A stretch of 32,000 nt of DNA from Caedibacter taeniospiralis (lineage in GTDB: Bacteria; Pseudomonadota; Gammaproteobacteria; Francisellales; Francisellaceae), in assembly GCF_002803295.2 (NCBI RefSeq), contig NZ_PGGB02000005.1:60059-92058 (forward strand), written 5' to 3'. A program made the position numbers and the translations under genes. This document shows positions 9,397-19,912 of the stretch, in pieces; the stretch's first letter is position 1, and each line of letters opens with the position of its first letter. Below the pieces are notes generated by a model that was not told where the DNA came from, did not search any database, and was given only the letters and a program-made list of their open reading frames with translations.

Positions 9397-11304
9397 ATGG
9401 CAGTTATCATGATTATACTCCCCCCCCCTGTTTTAGGTGATTTAGATCTGCACTTATTTGGTGAAGGGAAACATTGGCGTATTTATCGTAAGATGGGTGC
9501 TCATTGCATGAGCATCAATGCAATAGAAGGAGTGTACTTTTGTGTGTGGGCTCCCTCAGCAAAAAGAGTTTCTGTGGTTGGAAGCTTTAATAACTGGAAT
9601 GGTCTGCGGCATTTAATGCGTGGTCTTGGCAACTCTGGTGTCTGGGAAATATTTATCCCCGAAGTGCAAGCGGGAGATGCGTATAAGTACGAAATTTTAA
9701 CGCAAAAAGATCAGTGTCTGATCAAAACTGACCCGTATGCAATGTCTATGGAGCTTAGACCCTCGAGCAATTCTATTGTCAGCACGTCTGGGTATTTATG
9801 GAAAGATAAGCATTGGCTACGTGCTCGCAAACAATTTCAGTGGCAACATGAGCCGATCAATATCTATGAGGTGCATTTAGGCTCCTGGCAACGTGAGAGT
9901 GATGGTCGGTTTTTAAATTATAAAGTGTTAGCACATAAATTGGTTGAGTACCTTAAATGGATGGCGTACACCCACATTGAATTGCTGCCAATTATGGAAC
10001 ATCCTCTTGATGAATCCTGGGGATATCAGGTCTCAGGATACTATGCTCCCACCAGTCGTTTCGGAACTCCTGATGATTTTCGCTATTTTGTCGATTATTG
10101 TCATCAAAATAATATTGGGGTATTTTTAGACTGGGTGCCTGCCCATTTCCCAAAAGATATATTTGCCTTAGGCAGATTTGATGGCACGGCGTTATATGAG
10201 CACGCCGATCCCCGTCAAGGTGAGCACCAGGATTGGGGGACCTATATTTTTAATTATAATCGCAATGAAGTCCGTAATTTTCTGATTGCAAATGCCTTAT
10301 ATTGGATTGATGAGTTCCACATAGATGGGCTGCGTGTTGATGCGGTAGCCTCAATGCTTTATTTAAATTACTCGCGCAAAGAAGGTCAGTGGATTCCCAA
10401 TGAATTTGGTGGGCATGAAAACCTTGAAGCCATTGAGTTTTTAAAAACTTTAAATATTGAAGTTCACTCTCAGCATCCAGGTGTGGTGATGATGGCAGAG
10501 GAATCGACCTCGTGGCCTATGGTCTCTAAACCAACGAGTATGGGAGGTATTGGTTTTTCGATGAAATGGAATATGGGCTGGATGAATGATACATTGAAGT
10601 ATTTCCAATATGATCCCATTTATCGCCAGTTTCACCACAATGAATTAACGTTTTCTCAAACCTATGCCTATAGCGAAAATTTCGTTTTACCGCTTTCTCA
10701 TGACGAGGTCGTTCATCTAAAGCATGCCCTGATCAATAAAATGCCAGGTGATGACTGGCAAAAAATGGCAAATCTTCGTTTGTTGTTTGGATATCAACAG
10801 CTGACACCTGGTAAGAAGCTATTGTTCATGGGCGCTGAGTTTGCACAATGGAATGAATGGAGTGAAAAAAAAGCCCTTGACTGGTATTTATGTGAACATC
10901 CCTCTCACCGAGGAATTATGCGTTTGGTTCGCGATCTAAATCACTTATATCGACAGGAGAAAGCATTGCATCAGTATGATTTTGAACAACGGGGATTTAG
11001 GTGGATAGACTGTAATGATCACAGCCAGTCTATTCTAAGTTTCATACGCCAAACAGAAAATGCACAATTAGTTTGTGTGTTTAATTTTACGCCAGTTAAA
11101 CGCGCTTCCTATCGAATTGGTTTGCCTGAGCCTGGTCTTTACAAAGAATTACTCAATTCGGACTCCACTTACTATGGAGGCTCAAATATTGGTTGTTTTG
11201 GGCAAGTCCATTCAGTAAACATTCCTTGTATGGGTTGCCAAGATTCTGTTGAGATTGTGATCCCTCCATTAGCATTTATCGTATTAAAGAAAATGGCTGA
11301 GTGA
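9397..11304 (+). CDS. glgB: 1,4-alpha-glucan branching enzyme (start uncertain, see poly-C finding)
   Basis: 635 aa; VYFCVWAPSAKRVSVVGSFNNWNG (CBM48), DGLRVDAVASMLYLNYSR, MAEESTSWPMV, VLPLSHDEVVH. Confidence 0.93.
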   Translation: MAVIMIILPPPVLGDLDLHLFGEGKHWRIYRKMGAHCMSINAIEGVYFCVWAPSAKRVSVVGSFNNWNGLRHLMRGLGNSGVWEIFIPEVQAGDAYKYEILTQKDQCLIKTDPYAMSMELRPSSNSIVSTSGYLWKDKHWLRARKQFQWQHEPINIYEVHLGSWQRESDGRFLNYKVLAHKLVEYLKWMAYTHIELLPIMEHPLDESWGYQVSGYYAPTSRFGTPDDFRYFVDYCHQNNIGVFLDWVPAHFPKDIFALGRFDGTALYEHADPRQGEHQDWGTYIFNYNRNEVRNFLIANALYWIDEFHIDGLRVDAVASMLYLNYSRKEGQWIPNEFGGHENLEAIEFLKTLNIEVHSQHPGVVMMAEESTSWPMVSKPTSMGGIGFSMKWNMGWMNDTLKYFQYDPIYRQFHHNELTFSQTYAYSENFVLPLSHDEVVHLKHALINKMPGDDWQKMANLRLLFGYQQLTPGKKLLFMGAEFAQWNEWSEKKALDWYLCEHPSHRGIMRLVRDLNHLYRQEKALHQYDFEQRGFRWIDCNDHSQSILSFIRQTENAQLVCVFNFTPVKRASYRIGLPEPGLYKELLNSDSTYYGGSNIGCFGQVHSVNIPCMGCQDSVEIVIPPLAFIVLKKMAE

Positions 11305-11444
11305 TAAGGGATATCAAGTTTAATAAGATACCCATTTGACGGTAGTAGTAGGGTGGAGATCCCTAAACTTATGGGCTTTACGTCATTGTGAGCGAGGATA
11401 TTGTCCCAATGCCAAAAAGTCTGCAAAATAGTTTACGATGAGTA

Positions 11445-11450
11445 TATAAT
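11445..11450 (+). promoter_or_regulatory. Possible -10 element upstream of glgA
   Basis: TATAAT hexamer about 34 nt upstream of the glgA ATG; -35 poorly matched (CTGCAA/TGCAAA with 17-18 bp spacing). Confidence 0.3.
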
Positions 11451-11458
11451 GCGGATCA

Positions 11459-12967
11459 TTGAATTATCGATCAACCATCAACATGCCTAAGTGTTTAAAT
11501 ATTCTGTTTGCTTCATCTGAAGCGGTGCCTTTTATAAAAACGGGGGGCTTGGCAGATGTAAGCGGTAGTTTGCCAAAAGCGTTAAGTCACTTGGGTCTCG
11601 CGGTATCTGTTATTATTCCTGCGTATCGCGAGGTATTAGCAAGTGTGGTTGATGCAAAAGTGGTGAGTCAATTTAGCGTTTTTGGGTTTGGCAAAATCTA
11701 TTACGTCAAACTGATTGAAGCACGAGTTCCAATTCCAAGCACGTCGCTTACATTCTGGTTTATTGATATCCCAGAGCTATTTGATCGTCCCCATGGTATC
11801 TACTTAGCAGAGGATGGTAAAGACTGGTGGGATAATGGCGAACGTTTTGCCATATTTTCTAAAGCGGTTACTGAAGTCGCCATGAATAGAGTCAAGCTGG
11901 ATTGGAAAGCAGATGTTGTGCATAGTAACGACTGGCAAACGGGAGTAATATCAGTTTTTCTTAAACTAGAAAAAAATTGCGCTAAAACCGTCTTTACGAT
12001 TCATAACATGGCATATCAAGGCAGTTTTCCGTATGAAGTATTTAAAGCCATGAACCTGCCAGAGCACTGGTGGCATAAGGATGGATTGGAATTTTATGGT
12101 AATTTTTCCATGCTCAAAGCAGGAATTTTATTTTCAGATATTGTCACAACGGTCAGTCCAACCTATGCAAAAGAAATATGTACGCCCAGGTTTGCTTATG
12201 GTCTTGAAGGGGTAATGCGTCGGTGTCAGCTTGAAGGTAAACTATTTGGGATTTTAAATGGAATAGATCAAGCCCATTGGAATCCGCAAAAGGATACACT
12301 CATTCCCTATCGGTATTCTGCAAGCTATCGATTGATGGCAAATAAATTTAAAAATAAACAGGCTTTACTGTCAGCACTAGGTGTCGGTGGTGGTATTGTA
12401 AACCTTGAAGCGCCACTATTTGGGTTAGTTGGCAGGTTAATTGAGCAAAAGGGCATCGATTTAATTCTGAGTGTTGTGCCTGATTTACTGACCTACAGCA
12501 ATGCAAATTTTGTGTTTCTTGGATCAGGTGATCATCATTTCGAGCACGCTATTAAGTTATTTGCAGAGCATTACCCTGATAGGGTTTTAGTACGCATTGG
12601 CTACGCTGAAAAGTTGGCACATATGATTGAAGCAGGGGCTGATCTGTTTTTGATGCCATCTCGTTTTGAACCCTGTGGACTCAACCAGCTCTATAGTTTG
12701 GCTTATGGCACGCTACCGATCGTTCACCACACAGGCGGCTTGGCAGATACGGTTGTAAATGCAAGCACAGAAAATATAGCAAGAGGTACCGCAACTGGTT
12801 TTGTTTTTTATGAGCCTACCGCGTATGCACTCAAAGAAACCATGTATTATGCTATCAGCCTTTTTGCTCAGAAAGAACGATGGAAGGGGATACAAAGAAC
12901 GGCAATGGCTCAAAATTTGAGCTGGGAAAACAGTGCTAAAGCGTATTTGGATTTATATTGTTTGTAA
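11459..12967 (+). CDS. glgA: Glycogen synthase (likely start ATG at 11483: MPKCLNILFASSEAVPFIKTGGLADV)
   Basis: KTGGLADVSGSLPKAL, VHSNDWQTGV, FTIHNMAYQG, LIEQKGIDL, MPSRFEPCGLNQLYSLAYGTLPIVHHTGGLADTV; GT5 family. Confidence 0.93.
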   Translation: MNYRSTINMPKCLNILFASSEAVPFIKTGGLADVSGSLPKALSHLGLAVSVIIPAYREVLASVVDAKVVSQFSVFGFGKIYYVKLIEARVPIPSTSLTFWFIDIPELFDRPHGIYLAEDGKDWWDNGERFAIFSKAVTEVAMNRVKLDWKADVVHSNDWQTGVISVFLKLEKNCAKTVFTIHNMAYQGSFPYEVFKAMNLPEHWWHKDGLEFYGNFSMLKAGILFSDIVTTVSPTYAKEICTPRFAYGLEGVMRRCQLEGKLFGILNGIDQAHWNPQKDTLIPYRYSASYRLMANKFKNKQALLSALGVGGGIVNLEAPLFGLVGRLIEQKGIDLILSVVPDLLTYSNANFVFLGSGDHHFEHAIKLFAEHYPDRVLVRIGYAEKLAHMIEAGADLFLMPSRFEPCGLNQLYSLAYGTLPIVHHTGGLADTVVNASTENIARGTATGFVFYEPTAYALKETMYYAISLFAQKERWKGIQRTAMAQNLSWENSAKAYLDLYCL

Positions 12968-12968
12968 A

Positions 12969-12992
12969 CCTGACTATTCCAGAGTAGTCAGG
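12969..12992 (+). other. Hairpin in glgA-glgP intergenic region (8-bp arms)
   Basis: CCTGACTA-TTCCAGAG-TAGTCAGG; only a weak, displaced T-run follows, so terminator status is uncertain. Confidence 0.45.
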
Positions 12993-13028
12993 TAAACCTG
13001 ACTTATTTTTCAATAGTCACTAAGGTTA

Positions 13029-15551
13029 ATGGAGTTTTTATTAGAGGTAAAAAATATGGTAAAAAATACAGAAAAAGCTTCTCAGATCATGGCACAGGTT
13101 GAGAGCGAAGTTGATAGTAATAAAGAGCAAATTGCAAAAAGCTTTATCCATTACTTATACAATTCACTGGGTCGAGAAATCGATTCTAAGGCACATTATC
13201 TGGAGCATGCGCTTGTTTATACCATTCGCGATCGACTGATGATTAATTGGAAAAAAACAGAACAAAGATACGCTATCAAAAATTTGAGGAAAGGATACTA
13301 TCTTTCCATGGAGTTTCTGATAGGACGTTCTTTGACCAATAGTCTGATCAATCTAGGATTGAAAGATATTACGCTTGCCGCCTTATATGATTTGGGTCTC
13401 AACTTTGAAGAAATTGAAGAGGCTGAGCATGATGCAGGGTTAGGCAATGGCGGTTTAGGAAGATTGGCCGCCTGCTTTATGGATAGTTGTGCCACATTGG
13501 CTTTGCCGGTTATGGGGTACGGATTGCGCTACGAATATGGAATGTTTAGGCAGCATATAAAAAATGGTTACCAGGTAGAAGAGCCTGATCAGTGGTTGCG
13601 CCATGGTTACTACCCCTGGGGATTAATGCGTAGAGAATATACCAGGGTGGTTAAGTTTGGAGGTAGAACCGTTAAATCAGTTCACCCTGACACAGGACGG
13701 CTCATGGTGAAATGGGAAGATACTTGCCCCGTATTGGCTGTGCCATTTGATGTTCCTGTACCTGGATTTAGCAATAATGTTGTCAATACCTTAAGATTAT
13801 GGTCAGCGGCAGCCGTTGAAGCGTTTAATCTCAATGCGTTTAACGCAGGCTCATATGCCTCTTCGGTGGCAGAAAAAAATAATGCAGAAAGTATCACAAT
13901 GGTACTTTATCCAAATGATGCAAGTGAAAATGGTAAGGAATTACGTCTTAAACAGCAGTATTTCCTGGTGTCAGCAAGTCTTCAGGATATTGTTGTGCAA
14001 TGGGCAGAGAAAAATAATAATGATTTTACTCAATTTGCTGAAAACAATACCTTTCAACTAAATGATACCCACCCAAGTCTTGCAATTGCAGAGTTAATGC
14101 GACTTTTAATGGATGAGTATGAGTTAGAATGGCAGGATGCCTGGGAGATAACGAGCAAAACCATGGCGTATACTAACCATACTTTATTGCCTGAAGCATT
14201 AGAAAAGTGGCATGTTTCACTCTTTGAGCGCCTATTGCCACGCCTGTTGGAAGTTATTTATGAGATCAATAAGCGGTTTTTAAATGTCATTGAGCAGAAA
14301 TGGTCAGACGATATCAGTAAACAGCGCGAGCTATCTATCATTGACGAAGATAATATGGTGCGCATGGCACATTTAGCCATCGTAGGCAGTTATTCGGTAA
14401 ATGGTGTCGCAGAGCTACATTCTCAGCTGTTAAAAGAGAGTTTGTTTAAAACGTTTTATGATTTATGGCCACAAAAATTTAATAACAAAACCAATGGCGT
14501 GACCCAAAGGCGCTGGCTGGCGGTTTGTAATCCTGAGCTTAAACAGTTATTGGAGGATAAAATTGGAGGGGATTGGATTGTAAATCTTGATGAGTTAAAA
14601 AAAATAGAAGCATTTGCAGAGGAGAGTGCATTTTGCGAGCGCTGGGAGAAAGTCAGACTTGCTAATAAAAAACGTTTAGCTAATTACATTAAAAAAGAAA
14701 CCGGAGTGGAGTTTGATCCCAGTGCGTTATTTGATGTTCAGGTAAAACGGATTCACGAATATAAGCGCCAGCTGTTAAATATTCTGCATGTTATTCATCT
14801 TTATAACAGGATTAAAAGAGGGCAAACTCAACATTGGACTAATCGCTGTGTGATTATTGGCGGCAAAGCAGCGCCAGGTTATTACATGGCAAAGCTTATT
14901 ATTAAGTTGATCAATAATGTGGCAGATAGGATTAACCATGATTTAGAAGTTGGGGATAAGCTTAAGGTTGTTTTTCTGCCAAATTACAGCGTTTCAGCAA
15001 TGGAAGTGATTTGTGCAGGAACAGATTTATCCGAGCAAATTTCTACAGCAGGCAAAGAAGCTTCAGGCACGGGTAATATGAAGTTTATGATGAATGGTGC
15101 GATCACCATTGGCACGCTCGATGGTGCTAATGTTGAAATATTAGAGGAAGTGGGTAACGAGAATTTTTTTCTCTTTGGATTAAAAACAGCTGAGGTTTCT
15201 GCGCTGCGCAAACATTACAACCCTGAGCACTTTATCCAAAATAATAACGACCTTAAACAAGTGATGGATAGGCTTGAGTCTGGATTTTTTAATGAAGAAG
15301 AACCGAATATTTTTGACAGCATCATAGGTTCATTAAAAAGCCCGTATGATCCCTGGATGACTTTAGCAGATTTTGCAGACTATCTACAGGCACAACAGCG
15401 GGCAGCGAATACCTTTCAAAATAAGGCGGGTTGGATAAAAATGAGCATCATAAACTGTGCGCGAAGCGGTCGTTTTTCATCAGATCGCACGATACGTCAA
15501 TACAATGATGAAATATGGAAGCTAAGCCCCGTGGGTATAGACAAAACGTAG
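13029..15551 (+). CDS. glgP: Glycogen/starch phosphorylase (ATG at 13059 MVKNTEKASQ is an alternative start)
   Basis: 840 aa; GNGGLGRLAACFMDS, NDTHPSLAIAELMRLL, VKRIHEYKRQLLN, EASGTGNMKFMMNGAITIGTLDGANVEI (PLP site). Confidence 0.93.
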   Translation: MEFLLEVKNMVKNTEKASQIMAQVESEVDSNKEQIAKSFIHYLYNSLGREIDSKAHYLEHALVYTIRDRLMINWKKTEQRYAIKNLRKGYYLSMEFLIGRSLTNSLINLGLKDITLAALYDLGLNFEEIEEAEHDAGLGNGGLGRLAACFMDSCATLALPVMGYGLRYEYGMFRQHIKNGYQVEEPDQWLRHGYYPWGLMRREYTRVVKFGGRTVKSVHPDTGRLMVKWEDTCPVLAVPFDVPVPGFSNNVVNTLRLWSAAAVEAFNLNAFNAGSYASSVAEKNNAESITMVLYPNDASENGKELRLKQQYFLVSASLQDIVVQWAEKNNNDFTQFAENNTFQLNDTHPSLAIAELMRLLMDEYELEWQDAWEITSKTMAYTNHTLLPEALEKWHVSLFERLLPRLLEVIYEINKRFLNVIEQKWSDDISKQRELSIIDEDNMVRMAHLAIVGSYSVNGVAELHSQLLKESLFKTFYDLWPQKFNNKTNGVTQRRWLAVCNPELKQLLEDKIGGDWIVNLDELKKIEAFAEESAFCERWEKVRLANKKRLANYIKKETGVEFDPSALFDVQVKRIHEYKRQLLNILHVIHLYNRIKRGQTQHWTNRCVIIGGKAAPGYYMAKLIIKLINNVADRINHDLEVGDKLKVVFLPNYSVSAMEVICAGTDLSEQISTAGKEASGTGNMKFMMNGAITIGTLDGANVEILEEVGNENFFLFGLKTAEVSALRKHYNPEHFIQNNNDLKQVMDRLESGFFNEEEPNIFDSIIGSLKSPYDPWMTLADFADYLQAQQRAANTFQNKAGWIKMSIINCARSGRFSSDRTIRQYNDEIWKLSPVGIDKT

Positions 15552-15855
15552 CTACCCAGCAGGTCTAAAAATAAGCAGAAAATCGGATTTAAATCTGAAT
15601 AACTTTGTTTGAAAAGCAGCTTCACAAAAGAGAATTGACTTATTTGTGAACATGATTGACTTTAAAACACTCTATTTCATGAGCATTTATCATGCTGCTA
15701 GGTAGTTACCAAAGAAGGTACTATCGGAGTTAAAAACCAGGTGCAAAAAGCATTGCAGGTGGCGTAAGGTGAATAGGAATAAGAGTTCTTAAAAAAACTT
15801 TCTTGGCAACTTGGGGTAGTATCTCTCAGAAATCAGCAAAAGGATGTAACTCGAG

Positions 15856-17649
15856 CTATTGAGTAAGTGCTGCTTCTGCCACAGAGTGATTTGTCAATAA
15901 GTAGCGTTTAGGCGTTTGTGCTAATAGATATCCTTGGTAAGGTTTACCCTGTTTAAAATACGTATCATAGTTATCGTCATCGGTCATTACAAACACACGC
16001 TGATCACTTTGCCAGATAGGCCAAAATTGCGCAGCGGTTCTTAAAGTTTTATCCGCCCCTGAGTCTGGCATTTTCGCTGTATTGGCCAGCTCTCCCTCAT
16101 TGGCAACAATCCAGGTTAAACGATTTAAATAAAACTGAGCGTCATAATAATAACCACCATAGTTGGCAACGATGGCATTTGGATAGGTTTTTAACAATAA
16201 CGCAACAATGTTTGTTAATGGCTTTACCGTTTTTTGGGCAAAATACTGCGAGCCAGACCAGCCTAAATTTAAAATAATCATCATCGCAAACACAAAGCAC
16301 AACATCATTGCTTTGAGGTTGTTTTTTCTTAAGTAACCAAATCCAACAATCGTTGTGACCAGAGCCACTATTGCCCCTGGCCAATAGAATGCTGCAATTT
16401 CACTAAAGAACATGGAAAAGTTTGAAATAAATGGCAACACCACAAAGGCAATGGCAATGATCAGGAAAAAAAACAGTGTGATTGCAACACTTGCCTTCGT
16501 CGATTTGCGCATTTCAGGTTCATTGAGAAGCTTATCAACGCGGCGTGCGATCAAGATGGCAAATGGCGTAATGATTGGAATTAAATAACCCATGAGTATT
16601 GATTTTGAGAAAGCAAAAAACAATAAAATCGCCATACCCCAAATAAATAAAAACCATTCATTTTCATGTTTTTTACGGTTTTCCCATTTCAGTAACACCG
16701 ATGTGAATGCCTGTGGTAAAAAGCCAAACCAAGGGAAAAAGCCGATGATAAAAATTCCAGCATAGACAAACTTACTCATCTGTCGCCCCTGCTCATCGGT
16801 GGCATAGCGCAAAATCTGTTGCACGATCACGTAGTAATAGAAAAACTCAGGATGCTGGTTATTCACTGCAATAACCCATGGTGCTGAAATTATTGTAACA
16901 ATAACCAAACCAAGGTAAAGACGGTAATCAAGTAACAGCCTATATTTTCCAACAACGATTGCCCATAGCCCAATAATCATCATTGGAAATACAATACCAA
17001 TAAGACCTTTGGTCATTACTGCAAGCCCAGAAAAAATAAAGGCATTCAATAACCAAAGATGTGCTTGCCAGCTCTTTTGAGCATATTGTCTTGATGCCCA
17101 GAAGGACAGCATTGTGATCGTCAGAAAAAATGCAATGCCGGCATCCAGATTGAGATAGCGACCACCACCTAAATATAAAATTGAGGTTCCCGTAATCAAA
17201 GCCGCCCAGAATGACACACGCCTTTTTTGGTAGACGATGCGGCAAACAATATAAACAAACCACACCCCAATAATCGATAACACAGGATTTGGCAGTCTTG
17301 CTGCCCAGATATTAAAACCAAAAATTTTTAAGGACAACGCCGTCAACCAGTAGATCATTGGCGGTTTTTCAAAATAAATAACCCCATCCAGGTGCGGCAC
17401 GATGTATTCGTGATTGACAAGCATCTCACGTGCGATTTCAGCATAACGCCCTTCATCCGGGGTAAACAGCACGGGTACGCCATAAAGGCATAAAGCAATT
17501 GCCATGATAATAGTCACTATTAATAAATCACACCAAAATATTCGATCCATTTGCCAACGAAGGCGACTCATCTTTTTTTCCATCATATCTACGACCAATG
17601 TTTTAAGCTGGCAAGAGTATACCATCAGTGTGCCATTTTGCAGATTCAA
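15856..17649 (-). CDS. ArnT-like / PMT-family membrane glycosyltransferase (start probably inside the ORF, near 17571-17586)
   Basis: PDEGRYAEIAREMLVNHEYIVPHLDGVIYFEKPPMIYW is the GT39/GT83-like DE motif region; many TM segments. Confidence 0.82.
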   Translation of the reverse strand: MNLQNGTLMVYSCQLKTLVVDMMEKKMSRLRWQMDRIFWCDLLIVTIIMAIALCLYGVPVLFTPDEGRYAEIAREMLVNHEYIVPHLDGVIYFEKPPMIYWLTALSLKIFGFNIWAARLPNPVLSIIGVWFVYIVCRIVYQKRRVSFWAALITGTSILYLGGGRYLNLDAGIAFFLTITMLSFWASRQYAQKSWQAHLWLLNAFIFSGLAVMTKGLIGIVFPMMIIGLWAIVVGKYRLLLDYRLYLGLVIVTIISAPWVIAVNNQHPEFFYYYVIVQQILRYATDEQGRQMSKFVYAGIFIIGFFPWFGFLPQAFTSVLLKWENRKKHENEWFLFIWGMAILLFFAFSKSILMGYLIPIITPFAILIARRVDKLLNEPEMRKSTKASVAITLFFFLIIAIAFVVLPFISNFSMFFSEIAAFYWPGAIVALVTTIVGFGYLRKNNLKAMMLCFVFAMMIILNLGWSGSQYFAQKTVKPLTNIVALLLKTYPNAIVANYGGYYYDAQFYLNRLTWIVANEGELANTAKMPDSGADKTLRTAAQFWPIWQSDQRVFVMTDDDNYDTYFKQGKPYQGYLLAQTPKRYLLTNHSVAEAALTQ

Positions 17650-17683
17650 TCATCAGGAAATAAGTTACCGCCTACTTTTACAA

Positions 17684-17703
17684 GGGCGTATTGCAATACG
17701 CCC
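17684..17703. repeat. Perfect 20-bp palindrome in intergenic region
   Basis: GGGCGTATTGCAATACGCCC. Confidence 0.9.
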
Positions 17704-17801
17704 CTACGCCATCTACCATCATCAGCGAAGATATTGTCCCATGCCTGAAATTTCAAGTGGCGAGTACATGAGCAGTTTATGCTCTCCAAGACAGGCTTCG
17801 C

Positions 17802-17821
17802 CCCCTTCACAAGTGAAGGGG
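17802..17821. repeat. Inverted repeat, 9-bp arms with AA spacer
   Basis: CCCCTTCAC-AA-GTGAAGGGG. Confidence 0.85.
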
Positions 17822-17853
17822 AATTTAGCGCCCACGAATTTGGAATGGGTCCG

Positions 17854-19266
17854 TTACAGGCTATAATACATCTGAAACTCAATTGGATGCGGCGCCATAT
17901 TTAACTTCTGGACTTCCTCCATTTTAAGATCTATATAAGCATCAATAATATCATCAGAAAACACGCCACTTGCCGTTAAAAATTCACGATCCTGATCAAG
18001 CGCAGTTAGCGCTTCCTCAAGGGAGCCTGCTACGGTTGGAATATCATACAACTCCTCAGGTGGCAAGTTGTATAAGTTTTTATCCATTGCCTCGCCTGGA
18101 TGAATTTTATTTTTGATCCCATCAAGCCCTGCCATCACCATGGCTGAAAACGCTAAGTATGGGTTTGCCATTGGATCGACGAAACGCACTTCTATACGAC
18201 GCGCTTTTTCACTATTAACAAAAGGGATACGAATAGATGCCGAGCGATTGCGTGCGGAATAAGCAAGTAATACAGGTGCTTCAAATCCAGGAACCAGGCG
18301 CTTGTAACTATTGGTCGATGGATTACAGAATGCGTTTAATGCCTTTGCGTGTTTGATAATACCGCCTATGTAGTAAAGTGCTTCTTCTGAGAGTCCAGCG
18401 TAACCATTACCTGCAAACAGATTCTTGCCATTTTTTGATAAGGATTGGTGCACGTGCATCCCAGAGCCGTTATCTCCTGGAATAGGTTTTGGCATAAAAG
18501 TTGCACTCTTGCCGTAAGCATTAGCCACATTGTGCACTACGTATTTGAATACCTGCGTCTGATCTGCTTTATCGACCAGCGTTGAAAACTTGGTTCCAAT
18601 TTCACACTGCCCCGCTGTCGCTACTTCATGATGGTGAACCTCAACCTTCTGTCCAAGCTCTTCTAAAACTGAGCACATTTCTGAGCGAATATCTTGCAAT
18701 GAATCCACTGGCGGCACGGGGAAATAACCGCCTTTAACACCTGGTTTATGTCCATTGTTAAGACCATTGGCAAAATCATTTGTGCTCCATGCAGCTTCAT
18801 GACTCCTGATTTTGTATTCAGAGCCTTCCATATCTGATTTATAAGTGACATTGTCAAAAATGAAAAACTCAGGCTCTGGACCAAAAAATGCCGTGTCGGC
18901 AATCCCTGTTGATTTAATATAGGTTTCACATCTTTTTGCAATCGAACGCGGATCGCGATCATAAGCCTGCATCGTTGCGGGCTCCAGAATGTTGCAGCGA
19001 ATGATCAAAGTCGGCGCGTCAAAAAATGGATCGACAAGCATCGCTGAAGCATCAGGCATTAAAATCATATCCGACTCATTTATCCCTTTCCAGCCTTCAA
19101 TTGATGAGCCATCAAACATTTTGCCATCATTGAAAAAATCGTCATCCACAGCATGCACGGGAATGGTGACGTGTTGTTCCTTACCTTTAGTATCTGTGAA
19201 TCGAAGATCGACAAACTCGATTCCATATTCACTCACCATGGCTTGATAATGTGTAAAGTCAGACAT
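17854..19266 (-). CDS. glnA: Type I glutamine synthetase
   Basis: 470 aa; [16 protein letters not shown]-like N-terminus, [58 protein letters not shown]. Confidence 0.95.
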   Translation of the reverse strand: MSDFTHYQAMVSEYGIEFVDLRFTDTKGKEQHVTIPVHAVDDDFFNDGKMFDGSSIEGWKGINESDMILMPDASAMLVDPFFDAPTLIIRCNILEPATMQAYDRDPRSIAKRCETYIKSTGIADTAFFGPEPEFFIFDNVTYKSDMEGSEYKIRSHEAAWSTNDFANGLNNGHKPGVKGGYFPVPPVDSLQDIRSEMCSVLEELGQKVEVHHHEVATAGQCEIGTKFSTLVDKADQTQVFKYVVHNVANAYGKSATFMPKPIPGDNGSGMHVHQSLSKNGKNLFAGNGYAGLSEEALYYIGGIIKHAKALNAFCNPSTNSYKRLVPGFEAPVLLAYSARNRSASIRIPFVNSEKARRIEVRFVDPMANPYLAFSAMVMAGLDGIKNKIHPGEAMDKNLYNLPPEELYDIPTVAGSLEEALTALDQDREFLTASGVFSDDIIDAYIDLKMEEVQKLNMAPHPIEFQMYYSL

Positions 19267-19411
19267 ACTGATAACGCTCCTTGAGATTTTGGTTAATGGT
19301 TTTGCCGCGTTCTATTCTATCAGAGTTTTTTTGCAAAATTTAGCAAGATTTTCAAGGAAAAGTTATCTCCTTTACGGTATGCTAAACGGCAGAATGGTAC
19401 TAGGTTTGGAA

Positions 19412-19906
19412 ATGATCGTGATAGATCAAGAAGGTTTCAGAGCAAATGTGGCGATCATCATTCTAAATGATCAAAACAAAGTGTTCTGGGGTCGTCGTGT
19501 AAACCAAAGTTCATGGCAATTTCCACAAGGAGGATTGAACTCCGGCGAAACGCCAATTGAAGCAATGTATCGCGAACTCAAAGAGGAGGTTGGTTTGATG
19601 CCTTATGATGTCGAGGTCATTGCTGCAACAAGAACATGGTTGCGATATCGACTTCCCAGATTTTTAATTAGAAGAAATTGTCCTTTGTGTATTGGTCAAA
19701 AACAGAAATGGTTTCTGCTCAGACTTAAATCACCCGAGAGTGCTATTAATCTTAATGCAAACATCAAACCCGAGTTTGATGAGTGGCGTTGGGTAAACTA
19801 TTGGTATCCAACAGGCAAAGTTGTCGCTTTTAAGCGTCATGTCTACCAAAAGGCGCTGGAGCATTTTTTCCCAGTGCTTAAAAATTTTTCACAAGAGCAA
19901 GAGTAA
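19412..19906 (+). CDS. rppH: RNA pyrophosphohydrolase (Nudix)
   Basis: ORF 19289-19906, likely start ATG 19412 ([19 protein letters not shown]); [28 protein letters not shown] Nudix box. Confidence 0.9.
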   Translation: MIVIDQEGFRANVAIIILNDQNKVFWGRRVNQSSWQFPQGGLNSGETPIEAMYRELKEEVGLMPYDVEVIAATRTWLRYRLPRFLIRRNCPLCIGQKQKWFLLRLKSPESAINLNANIKPEFDEWRWVNYWYPTGKVVAFKRHVYQKALEHFFPVLKNFSQEQE

Positions 19907-19912
19907 GCTAAG

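Noticed and set aside
15552-15855. Possible tRNA or small RNA in the glgP / ArnT-like gap
   Set aside because: No cloverleaf-compatible arms or CCA-proximal pattern could be traced by eye; only scattered weak inverted repeats.
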